Shown: positions 39,361 through 50,285 of the stretch, in pieces
Numbering within the stretch: the first letter of the stretch is position 1
Layout of the letters: each line of letters starts with the position of its first letter
Source: an uncultured Chroococcidiopsis sp.
GTDB taxonomy: Bacteria > Cyanobacteriota > Cyanobacteriia > Cyanobacteriales > Chroococcidiopsidaceae
Direction of reading: 5' to 3'
Assembly: GCA_964248365.1 (NCBI GenBank)
Contig: CAXTYC010000004.1
Location: 1 to 64,000, forward strand
DNA length: 64,000 bases
The notes under the pieces: model-generated
Told to the model about the DNA's origin: nothing
The model's input: the letters and a program-made list of their open reading frames with translations, nothing else
The model's database searches: none
Translations under genes and position numbers: made by a program

Positions 39361-40494
39361 TTAGGCATGAACCATTAAATATTGACCGTTCCCATTATAT
39401 TCACCATCACAACTTGCAAAGTTGCAAATAAACCAGATTAAATAAAACCTCCATATCCGGCGAAACTTAGCATAATCCATTCCATAATTTAAATCTTTTA
39501 TTGTTGCCTGGTTGTCATCAAAATTATTTAACCAGTTGGCAAATGTTTGAGAGTAATTAGAGCCATTGAGATACCATCTTTTTATGGTTTTGAGATCTTT
39601 GTTATGGCTAGGAACTGCATCATAATTCCAGAACCGACCGTGAGGAAAAATATATTTGTGGGTGAAAACGCTGGAAATATTGTTAGGGGTACGCACTGTG
39701 ATGATGTGAATAAAAACTTTGCCATCATCCTTCAAAAAAGCTGCTAATTTTTGCAAGGATTTAGTTAAATTACCAATATGCTCAAAAACGCCTATTGAAA
39801 GGATTTTATCAAACTTTGTCTCAAATTCTGCATCATTTAAATCTCCTTCATGTAGAGTAAATCGACCTGAGCTTAAATAGCTATCAGGATCTTGCATTTT
39901 GTGGCGGATATATTCACATTGCTCATGGCTCAAATTCAAACCCGTAAACTTTACGTTAGGGAACTTGGAAAGAATATAATTAGGAACGCAGCCCCAACCG
40001 CACCCAAAGTCTAAAATATTGTCTCCATCCTTGATGTCTAACTTGGCAATTACATCATCAATCATGTGCATTTGGCATTGCTCAAGGTTAGATGCTCCTT
40101 TTTCCCACAATCCCATGCTGTACTTAGGATAAATCAGTTTCCAGTCGCCCAACATTCTATTTAGCATGGCTTGAGGCAAATTATACTGAATCTTCATCAA
40201 ATCCTGCGAGCCTTCGGCAAGATGATCGGTTTCTTTTAATACCCATTCATAGGGTACTAATAGTGAAGGAAAATACTTAAAAAAGATTGGCATACAAGCA
40301 TCGAACAGCGATCGCACAACTGAATCAGGAACTTCCAATCCATTGATATAAGCTTCTGCTACTGCCATTTGTACCATGTTAACTATCCCTACTACTTCAC
40401 GGGTAGCTTTATATGCAAATGCACTTTTAAGATTTACATCTCCTACAACAGGAATATACTTCTCTATATCTTGCAGCATCGTGCTAGCATTCAT
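39361..40494 (-). CDS. Class I SAM-dependent methyltransferase, cyclopropane-fatty-acid synthase/CNMT-like
   Basis: KYSMGLW, ILDFGCGWG, ILSIGVFEH, YIFP, RIWRFYL. Confidence 0.82.
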   Translation of the reverse strand: MNASTMLQDIEKYIPVVGDVNLKSAFAYKATREVVGIVNMVQMAVAEAYINGLEVPDSVVRSLFDACMPIFFKYFPSLLVPYEWVLKETDHLAEGSQDLMKIQYNLPQAMLNRMLGDWKLIYPKYSMGLWEKGASNLEQCQMHMIDDVIAKLDIKDGDNILDFGCGWGCVPNYILSKFPNVKFTGLNLSHEQCEYIRHKMQDPDSYLSSGRFTLHEGDLNDAEFETKFDKILSIGVFEHIGNLTKSLQKLAAFLKDDGKVFIHIITVRTPNNISSVFTHKYIFPHGRFWNYDAVPSHNKDLKTIKRWYLNGSNYSQTFANWLNNFDDNQATIKDLNYGMDYAKFRRIWRFYLIWFICNFASCDGEYNGNGQYLMVHA

Positions 40495-40606
40495 AGTGAT
40501 ACTCCGTACAGCTCTTGAAGCTTAGTATATAGTATTACAAGCAACAACTGTTGAAAAAACAGTTAATTTTTGTTTTAATTATTCAGAGATAAATTCAAAA
40601 AAGTTT

Positions 40607-41707
40607 ATGAATTTGATTGACAAGCAAACGCTAATTCCCCAAGCTCAGTATGCCAAGACATTACGACCGCTTCTTCCTAAAGAAGCATTTATACCTGATC
40701 CCAGTAAATTAGTCATATTATTTATTAATCTGGCAATATTAATTCTAGGGTGGGCGATCGCACAGCGGCTCGATTGTTGGTCTTTATATCTTTTATGGCT
40801 TTATTTACCTTTAGCAGTGGTGATGGGAAATAGCGTCATTCTCTTGCTATTTAGTTCCCACGATCTCATGCATGGTAGTGTAATTAGAAATTCCCGACTG
40901 ATTTATATCCTTAGCTTTATAGGGCTAACCATGTTTTGGATGCCTACGACTTTATGGAAAGTTGTTCACAACCAAGTGCATCACAATAACACGAATTCCT
41001 TAGCCGATCCCGATCGCAATTACTTATCAGAGCAGCCTAATACGTGGGGAAAATGGATTCAGAATCTGTTTGTACCTTCTAGCGAGGTAAACCTCATAGG
41101 ATTAACAGTGGGAATGGCGACAGCATGGGGAGTCCATACTTTCCGCAATTTAACCTCTGTACTGTTGTTTAATTCTGAATCAGTCGATTATGTTCCTGCT
41201 GCCTTTAGAGTCAGTGCTAAAGAACGTTGGAAAATTGCTGGGGAATTTATTGTAATTTTAATAATTCATTTCAGTATCTTGGCTTATTTGAAATTTAGTC
41301 TACTAAAACTCGTATTTAGTTACTTTTTACCCATTGGTATCGGCTATGCGGGAGTGATGTTTTATATTTATACAAATCATATGCTTTGCCAAATGACAAG
41401 CGTTAACGATCCATTACTTAATAGCCTTTCTTTACGGATGCCTAAACTATTTGATAAATTACATTTAAATTTTTCCTACCATACAGAACATCATATTTTT
41501 CCTGGTATTAACTCTGACTATTATCCAATAGTTCAAAAGTTATTAGAAATACACTATCCTGAGCGCATAAATTTATTGAATGCCGATGATGCTTGGCGCT
41601 TACTGATGCAAACTCCAAGACATTACAAAAATGAAAATACCTTGGCAGATTGGTCAGGAGAAAATTCTGTTACTTGCCCTCTTATTCAAAAATATAAAAT
41701 GGATTAG
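40607..41707 (+). CDS. Membrane fatty-acid desaturase family protein
   Basis: Three His boxes HDLMH, HNQVHH and HTEHH with TM segments. Confidence 0.85.
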   Translation: MNLIDKQTLIPQAQYAKTLRPLLPKEAFIPDPSKLVILFINLAILILGWAIAQRLDCWSLYLLWLYLPLAVVMGNSVILLLFSSHDLMHGSVIRNSRLIYILSFIGLTMFWMPTTLWKVVHNQVHHNNTNSLADPDRNYLSEQPNTWGKWIQNLFVPSSEVNLIGLTVGMATAWGVHTFRNLTSVLLFNSESVDYVPAAFRVSAKERWKIAGEFIVILIIHFSILAYLKFSLLKLVFSYFLPIGIGYAGVMFYIYTNHMLCQMTSVNDPLLNSLSLRMPKLFDKLHLNFSYHTEHHIFPGINSDYYPIVQKLLEIHYPERINLLNADDAWRLLMQTPRHYKNENTLADWSGENSVTCPLIQKYKMD

Positions 41708-41799
41708 TGCCGAGGGAACTGTTGTAGATTATGTCGAGGATTTGGATGGAGTCATATTGCACCAAAATAAAATTATATATAGCAATCCGCGCATCATTC

Positions 41800-41851
41800 G
41801 TATGCCACCCATGCCCACCGTTATCATATTTGGTGGGCATGGGTGGCATAC
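41800..41851. repeat. Perfect 20-bp inverted repeat (REP-like) between convergent genes
   Basis: GTATGCCACCCATGCCCACC - 12 nt - GGTGGGCATGGGTGGCATAC; one arm recurs at 32203-32226. Confidence 0.75.
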
Positions 41852-42798
41852 CTCTTACGCTGACAATACATTACCAAAAGCACAAATAACCCCATCCCAA
41901 CAACATATTTAAAAGGTGCAGGAACTAGGGGAATTGGGGAGAAAAAGCCCTCAATTGTCCCAGCAATAATTAACATAGGCACAATACCAAATACTAATTG
42001 AACTGCTCGATTACCATATAATTTCAACGCATCTCCACGACGATATTTACCAGGAAACAAAATTGCTCTAGCAATTAAAAGCCCTGCACCTCCAGCAAAA
42101 AATATCGCGGGTAATTCCAAAGCACCATGTGGGAATACAAAAGCCCAAAAAGGATAAGCAAGATTATTTTGACCGACTAAAGTAGCAATTGCACCAATAC
42201 TTAATCCATTAAAAGCCAGCAAAAATACTGTATATATTCCCGCAGTTATTCCCCCAGCAACTGCACCGAAAGAAACGGATAAATTATTAATCATAATGCT
42301 GCTAGAAGCTAAAGGTTCAACACCAACAATTGAACCCATCCATAATTGATGATCGTCTCGTACTTTTCTAATCAAGTTTTCTGGTACTATTAATGATAGA
42401 AAAGTGGGATCTTGCCATGCATACCACCAAGATGCGATCGCCCCTAATAAAAAAATTCCTGTAGCTAGGGCAATGTATCCCGAATTCTGCTGCACCACAG
42501 CTGGTAAACCCCAGCGGTAAAATTCTACCACGCCTTGCCATTCCTGTCGCCGCGAACCTTGGTAAATTTGGTTATAGGCGCGAGTGGTGAGGGAGTGTAA
42601 ATTCTGAATGATGATATTGCTAACTTGGTGAGTTTTTGCACGGGCTAAATCTGCCGCTACCGAACGATATAAACTAGCTAACTCTCTAATGTCAGCAGAT
42701 CGTAAAGATTTTATACCTTTTTTTTCAGTTTGTCTTAACAAAGTATCTAGACGCTTCCAGAAGATTTCCCGCCGTGCAATCCAACGTTGAATGTTCAT
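41824..42798 (-). CDS. Stage II sporulation protein M (SpoIIM/DUF95) family membrane protein
   Basis: LYRSVAADLARA, INNLSV, PHGALELPAI, IEGFFSP. Confidence 0.88.
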   Translation of the reverse strand: MNIQRWIARREIFWKRLDTLLRQTEKKGIKSLRSADIRELASLYRSVAADLARAKTHQVSNIIIQNLHSLTTRAYNQIYQGSRRQEWQGVVEFYRWGLPAVVQQNSGYIALATGIFLLGAIASWWYAWQDPTFLSLIVPENLIRKVRDDHQLWMGSIVGVEPLASSSIMINNLSVSFGAVAGGITAGIYTVFLLAFNGLSIGAIATLVGQNNLAYPFWAFVFPHGALELPAIFFAGGAGLLIARAILFPGKYRRGDALKLYGNRAVQLVFGIVPMLIIAGTIEGFFSPIPLVPAPFKYVVGMGLFVLLVMYCQRKRYATHAHQI

Positions 42799-42888
42799 AA
42801 ATTTTAAGAATAATAGCGATCGCTAACTTAGAATAGCCTCAAGAATCTGGGCAGACTATATATATCTGCCTTTATTTGGGGGGGAATC

Positions 42889-43719
42889 ATGTCTCAATTT
42901 AGTTCTTCCAGCCCGATACAGCCACTGAGTATCGGTAACGTTGTGACTGCGGGAGTGCGGCTATATAGATCTAATCTTACAACTTACCTAAGACTTGCTT
43001 CATCTGCTTATTTATGGGTTTTAGTTCCTGTTTATGGCTGGGCAAAATATGCGGCAATTTCTGGAATAATCTCGCGCTTGGCTTTCGGCGAATTAGTCAA
43101 TCAACCTGAAAGTGTTAGTACCGCCCGTAGCAAAGTTATGCCGCGTCTTTGGTCATTTTTAAGGATTGCATTTCAGGTTTGGGTTTCATTGTTTTTAGTC
43201 TATATTGGAATGGCACTTGCCGGCGGCTTTATAGCTGGCATTATAGGGGCGATAATTGGCATAGTATTAGGTAGTTCAGCTATTTGGATTATTACTGCTT
43301 TAGCAACACTCGTAGTATTTTTTATCGTTCTAGTGGGATGTATATGGTTCTACTCCCGCTGGATAATAGCTGAAGTACCGCTAGCAGTTGAAGATAATAT
43401 AAATGGCGGTGAAAGCGTTGCTAGAAGTTGGGATTTAACTAAAACCTTTATATGGCGTATTCAGGGCATTGTTTTAGTGGCTTTTATAGTCACATTTCCA
43501 ATTGTGTTGCTGTTTAGCTATCTACCTAGATTACTCCTGCTGTCCTTTGAAAGCGGTTCTACTGCTTACGCCATTGTGTATTTAATTACTTTTATTATAA
43601 GTTTGGTAGGAGGAATTTTGGTCATGCCATTTTGGCAAGCAATTAAAGCTGTAATTTATTACGATCTACGATCGCGGCGGGAAGGTTTGGGTTTGAATTT
43701 ACGCGATCGCAGCGTTTAA
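42889..43719 (+). CDS. Polytopic membrane protein of the MoxR cluster
   Basis: PLSIGNVV, RSWDLTK, YYDLRSRREGL. Confidence 0.75.
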   Translation: MSQFSSSSPIQPLSIGNVVTAGVRLYRSNLTTYLRLASSAYLWVLVPVYGWAKYAAISGIISRLAFGELVNQPESVSTARSKVMPRLWSFLRIAFQVWVSLFLVYIGMALAGGFIAGIIGAIIGIVLGSSAIWIITALATLVVFFIVLVGCIWFYSRWIIAEVPLAVEDNINGGESVARSWDLTKTFIWRIQGIVLVAFIVTFPIVLLFSYLPRLLLLSFESGSTAYAIVYLITFIISLVGGILVMPFWQAIKAVIYYDLRSRREGLGLNLRDRSV

Positions 43720-43721
43720 CT

Positions 43722-44504
43722 ATGCATTTTTTTAATCGCGTCACTCATCAAACACCTGAAAGCGTAGAACTAGAGTTCACGTTGGCAGGAATTGGCAATC
43801 GCGCCTGGGCATTATTAATCGACTATCACATATTAGGCTTGCTAGTAGTGGTGTTTCTAATTATTTGGAGCATCATTTCATGGCAATTAGTCGAAATTAC
43901 TGGCAACTTGTTTCGTCGTGTAGATATTGGACTATGGCTTGTAGCGATCGCTCTATTAGTGATGTTCTTTGTTTACACAGGTTACTTCATCTTATTTGAA
44001 ACATTTTGGCAGGGACAAACACCAGGTAAACGCTTTGCCAAAATTCGTGTAGTTAGAGATGATGGTAGACCAATCGGGATCGGGCAAGCAACAATGCGAT
44101 CGCTTCTCAGAGCATTTGACGATACCTTATTCCTGGGAGCATTTCTAATTATATTCACCCGTCGAGAAAAGCGCCTGGGCGATTTGGCGGCTGGAACGAT
44201 TGTTGTTCAAGTAGAATTACCCGTAGCAGCAGCAAATTCGATTTCTGACGGGGCAAATGAACTAGCACAACAGTTATTACACCAAGCAGATTTTACCCAA
44301 CTACTACCCGATGACTTCGCTGTGATTCGTGAGTATTTGCAGCGACGTAAAGCAATGTCACCCAAAGCAAGAGAGCAGCTGAGCTTACAACTAGCCCAGC
44401 AAGCCAAAAGTATCATTGCTTTAGAAAAACTACCACAAGCTGTTACCTGCGATGTGTTTCTAGAAGCCGTCTATTTGGCATATCAAATAGGGGCTAGGGG
44501 CTAG
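43722..44504 (+). CDS. RDD family protein
   Basis: R..ALLID, GQTPGKR, RLGDLAAGT. Confidence 0.9.
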   Translation: MHFFNRVTHQTPESVELEFTLAGIGNRAWALLIDYHILGLLVVVFLIIWSIISWQLVEITGNLFRRVDIGLWLVAIALLVMFFVYTGYFILFETFWQGQTPGKRFAKIRVVRDDGRPIGIGQATMRSLLRAFDDTLFLGAFLIIFTRREKRLGDLAAGTIVVQVELPVAAANSISDGANELAQQLLHQADFTQLLPDDFAVIREYLQRRKAMSPKAREQLSLQLAQQAKSIIALEKLPQAVTCDVFLEAVYLAYQIGARG

Positions 44505-44646
44505 GGGCTAGGGGCTAGGAAGAGAGCAAAGGGGGCAAAAGGGAGAAAGTGCATTCAAATTTCTTGACTTGAAAGCAGGGATATGGTACATAATACCCCC
44601 TCAGCTTCCTCAGCTTCCTTTTGCTCCCCCAGCTTTCTTCTAGCCC

Positions 44647-45780
44647 CTAGCCCCCCATACCAGGTATTAAGCCGCCACTGAGCCGCTTGAGGGCGCGTCC
44701 AGCTACGTCGCCGTAACCTATTTCGCCGCACATGATTTGCCCCATGCGCTCGGTAGCAGTGGGGCGCTTAACACCAACTTTATAGCCGATGCCAGGAACG
44801 CGATAGAATACACCTGCTATTTTTTGCGCCCACGCCATATCCGAACCCCATTGTTCGTTAATTACCTGGGTGTACTTGTCTAGGGCATTGCGATCGCCTG
44901 CAATCGCCCCATCAATTGCTTCCGCCGCCTTCAACCCACTAAAGATTGATGGGCGAATACCTTCGGCGGTAAACGGATCAACCACACAAGCAGCTTCCCC
45001 AGCTAAAACAGCATTTTGGGTGTGCAGTTTTTGATTACCATCCCACAGACAAAGGGGATGTCCATACTGCTTACAGGTTTTGAGATCTACACCAAACAAG
45101 GTGGCATACTCACCCAAAATTTGTTTAAAGTCCTGTCCTTCACCACCCCGAAATGTACCAATGCCAATCGAATAACCATCAGCCTTGGGGAAGTTCCAGA
45201 TATAGCCGTTTTTGACCATCCCAAACTCGAAGTGGGCAATGTTGGTATGTTCCACATTGGCAGATGCTTCAGCTTCTAAAGCTCCACCTAAACGGCGTAC
45301 ACGGTCTTTGAAGCCCAATAGTTTTGCCATTGGTCCTTTGGCTCCATCGGCAGCAATTAGGTAGCGACCTTCAAAGGTTCCATTCGCCGTGTTAACCTGC
45401 CAATGGTCGCTTTTAAATTCAATGCCTTTGACTTCTGTGTTGTCTTTGAGTTCAGCCCCTTGTTTTTGTGCCTGTCCAATTAGGAAGTGGTCGAACACGT
45501 CCCGCCGCACCATCCACATCGGTTCTGGTGTGTGTAGTTCGGCTTGCACAGCATCACCCATTTTCCAGGTGTAGCGAATTGTGTTTACCTTGACCGAAAT
45601 AGCTGGAGAAAAGTCAAAATCGAACCACTTGGCGATCGCAGGTGAAACCCCACCACCACATGGTTTATAGCGTGGGAGTGATTCTTTTTCTAAAACTAAA
45701 ACGGAACGCCCTCGCTTGGCTAAATGATATGCAGCTGTTCCACCTGCTGGACCTGCGCCGACGATGATGCAATCGTACAT
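44647..45780 (-). CDS. Geranylgeranyl reductase family FAD oxidoreductase
   Basis: GAGPAG, RYKPCGGG, RDVFD, ADGA, GYIWNFPK, VDPFTAEGI. Confidence 0.88.
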   Translation of the reverse strand: MYDCIIVGAGPAGGTAAYHLAKRGRSVLVLEKESLPRYKPCGGGVSPAIAKWFDFDFSPAISVKVNTIRYTWKMGDAVQAELHTPEPMWMVRRDVFDHFLIGQAQKQGAELKDNTEVKGIEFKSDHWQVNTANGTFEGRYLIAADGAKGPMAKLLGFKDRVRRLGGALEAEASANVEHTNIAHFEFGMVKNGYIWNFPKADGYSIGIGTFRGGEGQDFKQILGEYATLFGVDLKTCKQYGHPLCLWDGNQKLHTQNAVLAGEAACVVDPFTAEGIRPSIFSGLKAAEAIDGAIAGDRNALDKYTQVINEQWGSDMAWAQKIAGVFYRVPGIGYKVGVKRPTATERMGQIMCGEIGYGDVAGRALKRLSGGLIPGMGG

Positions 45781-46029
45781 AAGTCAGAAATTTTGCTCAA
45801 AAGATTTCTATATTTAAGGTCTGTTAAGACCTTAACTATTTTGCCCGTTTACTGCTCAACTTTCATAAAGAGATGATCTAGATTATCTGTTTTTCAGCAG
45901 TTAATTAACTCCTACTCAGTCAAATTCTTTGTCATTCTCAAAGAATCACTGAATTTCAGTATATATATTTACAAATATCTTAGTTATTATCTCAGTATAA
46001 ACTCGTATTTGAAATATAGCAGCACCTTG

Positions 46030-46177
46030 CTGCACCCGCCTTGAACTCCTTTTCAAGGCTAATAGCTTAAGTGGGTTAAAACGGACTGTAATCTACACAG
46101 TCAGCTTAAGCTGACTTAAGTTATTAGCCTGGAAATTGATTTCCAGGCGGTGATAAGGCTGATGCAAGATCTGAGTT
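46030..46177. repeat. MITE/REP-like palindromic element, copy 2 (inverted relative to the 15857 copy)
   Basis: CGCCTTGAA..TTCAAGGC, AAGTGGGTTAAAAC, GCCTGGAAAT..ATTTCCAGGCG, end TGCAAGATCTGAGTT. Confidence 0.65.
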
Positions 46178-46324
46178 AGACATACTTGTGAACAAATAGA
46201 TAACTCGTTTAAAGAGCGCCCCTACCTACTTTCTGCTATAGAACAAAAAAGAGAAAAAATCCCCTAGCGCTCATGGCTGTAGGGCAACCGACGAGCGAAG
46301 GGCGCTTTTAGCTAGAAGATGAGT

Positions 46325-46873
46325 TTATACGGTTGTGATCTCTTTTTCTTTGTCTGCCAGTAATTCATTAATTCTGGCAGTGTATTTATCAGTCAATTTT
46401 TGCAGTTTATCTTGTAGATCCTTCGCTTCGTCTTCAGAGACTTCGCTGTTTTTCTCCTGCTTGCGGATGGTGTCAATTGCATCACGGCGAATGTTACGGA
46501 TAGCAACTCGTCCCTCTTCAGCATACTTGCCTGCGACTTTGACGAATTCTTTGCGGCGATCGCTTGTCAAGGGCGGAATATTCAGCCGTACCATAGAACC
46601 GTCATTGTTGGGAGTTAAACCCACATCCGACATCGAGATTGCTTTTTCAATGATGTTTAGGGTATTACGATCATACGGTTGAACTGTGATCGTAGTCGCA
46701 TCAGGGGTACTAATATTTGCCAAAGATTTGAGCGGTGTAGGAGAACCGTAATATTCCACCATCACCTTGTCAAGTAAACTTGGATTAGCACGACCAGTAC
46801 GGATCGTATTAAAAGCGCGTTGAGTTGCCTCAACAGTTTTTTGCATCGAACTTTCAGCTTCAGGTAACTTCAC
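46325..46873 (-). CDS. frr: Ribosome recycling factor
   Basis: [27 protein letters not shown] start at 46873. Confidence 0.97.
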   Translation of the reverse strand: MKLPEAESSMQKTVEATQRAFNTIRTGRANPSLLDKVMVEYYGSPTPLKSLANISTPDATTITVQPYDRNTLNIIEKAISMSDVGLTPNNDGSMVRLNIPPLTSDRRKEFVKVAGKYAEEGRVAIRNIRRDAIDTIRKQEKNSEVSEDEAKDLQDKLQKLTDKYTARINELLADKEKEITTV

Positions 46874-47588
46874 AAAAACCTCCCACAATCGTCCCTATAG
46901 ATTCTCCCATCACGGCTCGACGGATGTTACCGCTTCCCGACAGATCAAATACCAGAATAGGGATATTATTCTCTTTACACAATGCGATCGCTGTACTGTC
47001 CATTACCCTGAGGTCTTGAGTCAGCACATGACCATAAGTAAGGCTAGAGTAGCGTTTTGCTGCTGGATTGACATGGGGATCAGAATCATAAATCCCATCT
47101 ACCTTGGTAGCTTTAAAAATCACCTCGGCATCAATTTCCGCAGCTCTGAGCGCCGCAGTAGTATCGGTAGTGAAGAAGGGATTACCAGAACCCGCACCAA
47201 AAATTACCACCCGTCCTTTTTCAAGGTGACGGATGGCGCGACGACGAATATAGGGTTCTGCTACTTCTTGCATAGCGATCGCTGTTTGTACCCGTGTCTG
47301 CACCCCAATTCGTTCCAGAGCATCTTGGAGCGTGAGGGCATTCATTACGGTAGCAATCATACCAATATAATCAGCCGTTGCCCGATCCATACCAGCTGCC
47401 GACGCTTTCACGCCGCGAAAAATATTGCCACCACCTACTACAATAGCGACTTGAACGCCCAGAGCAACAATTTCTCCTACTTCATTTGCAATTTCTTCCA
47501 CTATTGCTGGATCTATGCCATAACCCAAGTCGCCCATCAAGGCTTCACCGCTGAGCTTGAGTAAAACCCGCTTGTAAGGCTTTGTCAT
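46860..47588 (-). CDS. pyrH: UMP kinase
   Basis: [29 protein letters not shown]. Confidence 0.98.
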   Translation of the reverse strand: MTKPYKRVLLKLSGEALMGDLGYGIDPAIVEEIANEVGEIVALGVQVAIVVGGGNIFRGVKASAAGMDRATADYIGMIATVMNALTLQDALERIGVQTRVQTAIAMQEVAEPYIRRRAIRHLEKGRVVIFGAGSGNPFFTTDTTAALRAAEIDAEVIFKATKVDGIYDSDPHVNPAAKRYSSLTYGHVLTQDLRVMDSTAIALCKENNIPILVFDLSGSGNIRRAVMGESIGTIVGGFCEVT

Positions 47589-47989
47589 ACACTTAAAATT
47601 TAGTTCATAATTGCCTCCAATTTAAGATAGCAGTAGAGGGGTTGTCTGTCTCTATTTACCCCATTAGAGTGTATAACCCATAGCCTGAGCCGATTTTAGT
47701 GAAATTCCTTGATATTGAAGCATAGTAGACCTGGTGCAAAAGCTTTTTTTGTTTCTCGCAATAGACTTGGACACAAGCGATGGCGGGTTTCCCGACAGGA
47801 GGCAAAGTGTCCGCGCAAAGCCACAAAGCAAGGACGCAAAAAGGAGCTGCTGCAAAATTTATGTAAGAAGTCTTGTGAATTGCTCGTCTACTAAGAAAGT
47901 CTGGGGCGTTGTTTTAGCGCCAAAACTTTCAGTCACATCTCTAGTGGAGTCTCAATATAGCTTTCGGCGATCGCAAAAATTATAAAGCC

Positions 47990-48907
47990 TCAATCCTTGC
48001 ATTGAGCGTAATATATTTGTTTTCCTGATAAATCCTGATTTAATTTTGTTGTATCTGCATATATATTTTTAGGACAGGCATCTGTAGCACAGTCTTTTAT
48101 AATGGCAGTGCCTCGTTTACCTACTACCTCAAGAGACAGGTATAGCCAATCATCACCATCCAAATCCATACTTGGGGAATTATTCCCTTCTGCAAGTGCA
48201 GTAGCTTCGATTTCGCCTAGTGTATCTGTAATTAAAGGACAAGATTTGACGTTGGCGATCGCCTGTTCATAGGACTGAGGATATTGTATACCTCCCCAGA
48301 TATGTCTTTAATTATTCGGAATAATTAAACCAGGAGTCACATAAAAGCTTGTGCCAAAAGTGTAAAAATAAATAAGCATAATTGCCCCCAGGGCAGGACT
48401 AGCATAACGAAACCTTTTGGCTTGATTAGGCGGTTTTTGACTTGGAAATTTACAAATAAGCAGAACAAACAGAAGGGGAAGTATATAAAAAGCTATGCTT
48501 CCCCAAATTAATCTAATACCACCCACAAGTAAAGTTAGTAAATCTGCAATTGAAATAGCTATTTTTCCCAGAAAAATTAGTGCAAATGGTAAAACAATAA
48601 ACATATAAAAAATATTTACTTCAAGACTTTGAGCTACACTCAACCTCGATAAACATCCTAAAAATATACATAAAATAACAATGAATAAATTAAAGTCTTG
48701 GCACTGCTCTCTAAATATCCAAACTCCGATGGCGCTAGCAGTAAGGGAAATAAATAATGCTATAGCGAAACTAAAGGGGTAATCATAGGGTGACAAAAAC
48801 CAGAATCCAATAAATTTATTATAATTAAAGAGACTTAGTAAACCTATACAAACTAAAATAGGAATACTCCAAACAAATATTAAAGATGTAGAACGCATGG
48901 CATTCAT
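47990..48907 (-). pseudogene. Membrane protein gene with in-frame TAA at 48308-48310
   Basis: After 199 hydrophobic codons and the TAA, the frame stays open for 105 codons (RHIWGGIQYPQSYEQAIANVKSCPLITDTLGEI...LSLEVVGKRG...) to TGA at 47990. Confidence 0.7.
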
Positions 48908-49020
48908 GAATGATATAATTGCTATTAAGTATTAATTAAAAGGTGAAGGGGGAAAGGGAAAAGGGGAAAGGGAAAAGGTAATTCGTAATTTCACCCCTGC
49001 TCCCCTGCTCCCCTGCTCTC

Positions 49021-49950
49021 TTAAGCGCCCCTAGCCCCTTTTTCCCAACCTTGAGCTAAGGCTTGATAACCAATCAGTTTGTAGACCAATTTTGCCGACG
49101 TGAACTCTGAAACAACTGAATCAGCAATTGGTGCTAATTCCATCACATCCATGCCAATAACTTGATGGGTTTCTATTACTTTGCGTAAAAACGAAGTGAG
49201 AGAATACCAGTTTAATCCGCCTGGTTCTGGAGTACCAACCCCAGGAATTAGAGTCGGATCGATGCCATCTAAATCGATGGTGAGAAAGACTTTTTGTGTG
49301 GGAATAGAAGCGATCGCTCTTTCTATCCAATCTGATTGATTAGCAATTTCCCGCGCTCGAAATACGCTGAGATTTTTTTCTTTAATCAAGTCTGCTTCTT
49401 CTTTACAAATAGCCCGAATACCTATTTGTACTGTCGGCAAATCCATATCTACAATTCGACGCATCACACAGGCATGATTATGAATTGAACCTTCATATTC
49501 ATGGCGTAAATCACCATGAGCATCAATTTGCACTACGGTAAAAGGTTCATCTGGACATGCCCCGCGATAGGCGGCGACAACGCCAGTTGTAATGCTATGT
49601 TCCCCACCCAAAGCAATGACAAATTTGTCATCTTGAATCAGCTTATAAACTGTTTCTTGCGTAACTTGCAGCATCTGGAGGGCTGAAACTTGCCCATTGC
49701 GGGTGTCTGCAATTGGTGTATGAGTGTAAATTCCCACATCAAGCCCAATTTCCCAATCTAGTTCTTCGTCGTAGTATTCAACTTGATGGGAAGCCTCTAA
49801 AATTGCATCTGGACCATTTTCACAGCCCCGACGATAGGTAGTAGTTGCCTCGTAGGGAATGGGTAAAATAACTACTTTGGCAGCATCATAATTTGCTGCT
49901 ACATCAGCGCCCAAAAATGGCATTACAGAAGTAGAAGTTTGAGTCAGCAT
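49021..49950 (-). CDS. speB: Agmatinase
   Basis: Ureohydrolase motifs GGEHS, DAHGD and DLDGIDP..PGVGTPEPGG. Confidence 0.92.
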   Translation of the reverse strand: MLTQTSTSVMPFLGADVAANYDAAKVVILPIPYEATTTYRRGCENGPDAILEASHQVEYYDEELDWEIGLDVGIYTHTPIADTRNGQVSALQMLQVTQETVYKLIQDDKFVIALGGEHSITTGVVAAYRGACPDEPFTVVQIDAHGDLRHEYEGSIHNHACVMRRIVDMDLPTVQIGIRAICKEEADLIKEKNLSVFRAREIANQSDWIERAIASIPTQKVFLTIDLDGIDPTLIPGVGTPEPGGLNWYSLTSFLRKVIETHQVIGMDVMELAPIADSVVSEFTSAKLVYKLIGYQALAQGWEKGARGA

Positions 49951-50285
49951 GGCTAGAAGTTAGCTCGTTGCAACATCATCAATCCTAGTCGCTAGAAAAT
50001 TAAGTGGCGAGTAAGTTTTTGGAGGGGCTAGAGGCTAGGGGCTAGAGGCTAGTAAGAGGATGGGGGGACTCTTGTGATGGGGCGGACTTGCGAGAGGTTA
50101 CTAATGTGTTCTTTCCCCTCACCCCTCGCCCCTCTGCCCTTTTTTTCCTTGTCTCCTCACTACTGGCTTGCTGTAGCGTAGGAGCAAGTAAAATGGTAAA
50201 GATTTGTCACAATAGAAAAGGCAGTAAGCAAAAATCTACACTTTCTAGCCACTAGTTCCACTGGTTCCACTAGCCACTTTTACCC

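Noticed and set aside
40525..40538. GTA-N8-TAC possible NtcA site between the methyltransferase and desaturase
   Set aside because: No -10 box at the canonical spacing, and the short motif is expected by chance in AT-rich DNA
47664..47985. Three short overlapping ORFs upstream of pyrH
   Set aside because: Low-complexity CGCAAAG-type repeats in a promoter region; no family features
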